Of a DNA stretch of 64,000 nucleotides, positions 61,913 to 64,000 are shown piece by piece. Where the stretch lies: NCBI RefSeq assembly GCF_003918875.1, contig NW_025767346.1, positions 248,001 through 312,000 on the forward strand, read 5' to 3'. This stretch comes from Haliotis rubra. Its lineage: Eukaryota. Every line of letters begins with the position of its first letter. Position 1 is the first letter of the stretch. A program made the translations under genes and the position numbers. The notes beneath the pieces are model-generated. The model was not told the origin of the DNA and made no database searches. It was given only the letters and a program-made list of their open reading frames with translations.

Positions 61913-64000
61913 CTGTGAACATAGGAGTGAGTGAGTGAGGAAGGTTTAATCCAGTGGTTAAATCATGAGCATCAAGTGAGGGAGTAAGTGAGTTAAGTTT
62001 TACACCACTTTTAGCAATATTCCAGCAATATCATGGCAGGGTCACGAAAAATGGGCTTCACACATTGTACCCATGTGGAAAATTGATCCCGGGTCTTCCG
62101 CGTGACAAGCTTTAACCAGTGCCCTTAAGCTTTGCAGTTATGACTTGTATTTTACCCACAGCACAAGTAATAGAGAGGATTAGTATTCAATGCGTGGTTT
62201 TGCATTATTGAATTTTGGGCAGTATTAAAATACCTCAGAATTGAGCAAAGTATATACTGTAAAAAATTCCTGTTTGAACAAAATACTGCATTTGACTAAC
62301 TTGCCCACTTTTGGCACTTACTTTTGAAGCTAAGGTTACTTATGAGCACTATCTGTGCATGACGCTTGTGTATGAGATGAGGAATAAAAGACTTTGTAGG
62401 TGAAGTGAGTGAGTGAGTGAGTTGGGATTTACGCTGCTTTTTTAGCAATATTCCAGCAATATCATGGCGAGGGACACCAGAAATAGGCTTCACATATTGT
62501 ACCCATGCAGGGAATCGAACCCAGGCCTTCGGCTAACGAGCGAACGCTTTAACCACTAGGCTACCCCACCACCCTTGTAGGTGTAATAATGTAATAATAA
62601 TAATGAGAGTATTTATAACGTGCCTTATCCTGATGTGAAACGAGGTCTGAATAGCTGGATGTATGAAGTTTCTTTTGTTTGTTTGTTGTTTAACGCAGTG
62701 CCCAACAATATTCCAGCCTTATGGCAGCGGTCTGTAAATAATCGAGTCTGGACCAGACAATCCAGTGATCAACATCATGAGCACTGATCTATGCAATTGG
62801 GTGGATGGGTGAGTGAGTATGGTCTTATGCTGCTTTTAGCAATATCCCAGCAATATCACGGTGGGTGACAACAGAAATGGGCTTCACACCTTGTACCCAT
62901 GTGGGGATTCGAACCAATGCACACACTTGGCTACGCCACCATCCCACAGACAATGGAGAAATGACATCAGTTGATGAAAGAGGTAAATTGACAAGATGAT
63001 AATTCAAGTGACTCTGCCTCCATATGGAATATTTAGGAGCTAAACACACTGTGTTGAAAAATCAGAGGTATATAACAAAATTATAATAGCTCTAAATAAA
63101 AAATTGAGAGCTGTTGTAATTTCGTTATATACCTCTGATTTTCCAACAAAATCCAGTACAGTCAAATCCCGATGAGTCGAATGCCGGTGTCTAGAATATT
63201 ATGCATAACTTGAAGTACCTGTTGGTCCCGACCATTCCCTGTTATAGTTGTCATCATTTGAATACCGGTTACTCGAATTCGTCTCATATTACACACGATG
63301 ACTCGAGAAGGAAATTTGGTCCCTCGAGATTTATACAACAGCAATCTTGTATACATAAGCCGAAGTCAGTCAATGAGAAGTTGATTGGTGTAGCAAACTG
63401 ATCCAATTAACAAACCAGCTCACACCTTTCCGCCTTTGACGGGTGAGTTCAAAAGGCAGATTAGCGATTTTACGGAAATCACTGTCGGTGCTAATCAGAC
63501 TGGAACTGATAAGGTGCTTCTATGAGTGATATGGAAATCGTTAGATAAACAAATGCTTAGGCAGAGGAATTAGGACTGGATCATCTTTTTTTCTATCCTC
63601 ATATACATACCTATGTCTCCAATACATCGATAAGTCAAATTTATTACTTGGTCCCCAGAGATTCGACTCATCGGAATTTGACTGTATTTACTGAAGTCAT
63701 GGTAGAATACTGAGTGAATATTTAAATGGTTTGATACAGCAGGGCTCCAGATTGGGGCCATATCGGCGTATGTATAGATAAAAAATATGCACGATACGGT
63801 AGGAAATAATTTAGAAAACGTAGCAGATACGCACCACAGCAATGGTGTACGGTCTTAGAATCATTTACAGACATATTTATCTGAAAAGTATTGTTTTATT
63901 GTTTATTGACCTGTTTAGAGTAGCAATGTTGTGGTGCATATATGATCATGAAACGAAACAAAAGATTACTGATACTCCATTAATTTCCATTTAGTACTCT

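Overview
Eukaryotic, intron-containing animal DNA, very rich in repeats. The SINE repertoire suggests a mollusc, possibly abalone-like (inference). The long ORFs in the supplied track are mostly satellite artefacts, so the real genes were rebuilt by hand from GT-AG splice sites with matching phases. The window holds what looks like an innate-immune gene cluster made of two families. (1) Three minus-strand paralogues (A about 5600-<210, running off the left edge; B 16705-8786; C 45335-38649) encode an N-terminal hydrophobic anchor, a coiled-coil stalk of very variable length (heavily N-glycosylated in A and B), a second TM helix and, in B and C, a cytoplasmic alpha/beta (TIR/flavodoxin-like pattern) domain with an invariant FVDFNERHVILEDPTKGLGDLR block. 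(2) Two plus-strand IFI44-like P-loop GTPases (19847-30506; 49803-53618) have C-terminal TM anchors and no visible TLDc domain. B/GTPase-1 and C/GTPase-2 are each arranged head-to-head, so the pair appears to have been duplicated as a unit. All three 2-TM genes carry an upstream NF-kB site and a TGACCTAA + STAT(GAS) composite. The right end has the last exon of MRPL17. The remainder is SINEs (3 main families), LINE, Penelope and Mutator fragments, MITEs and foldback elements, mini- and microsatellites (including a 9-kb 21-mer array inside a GTPase intron) and two N gaps.
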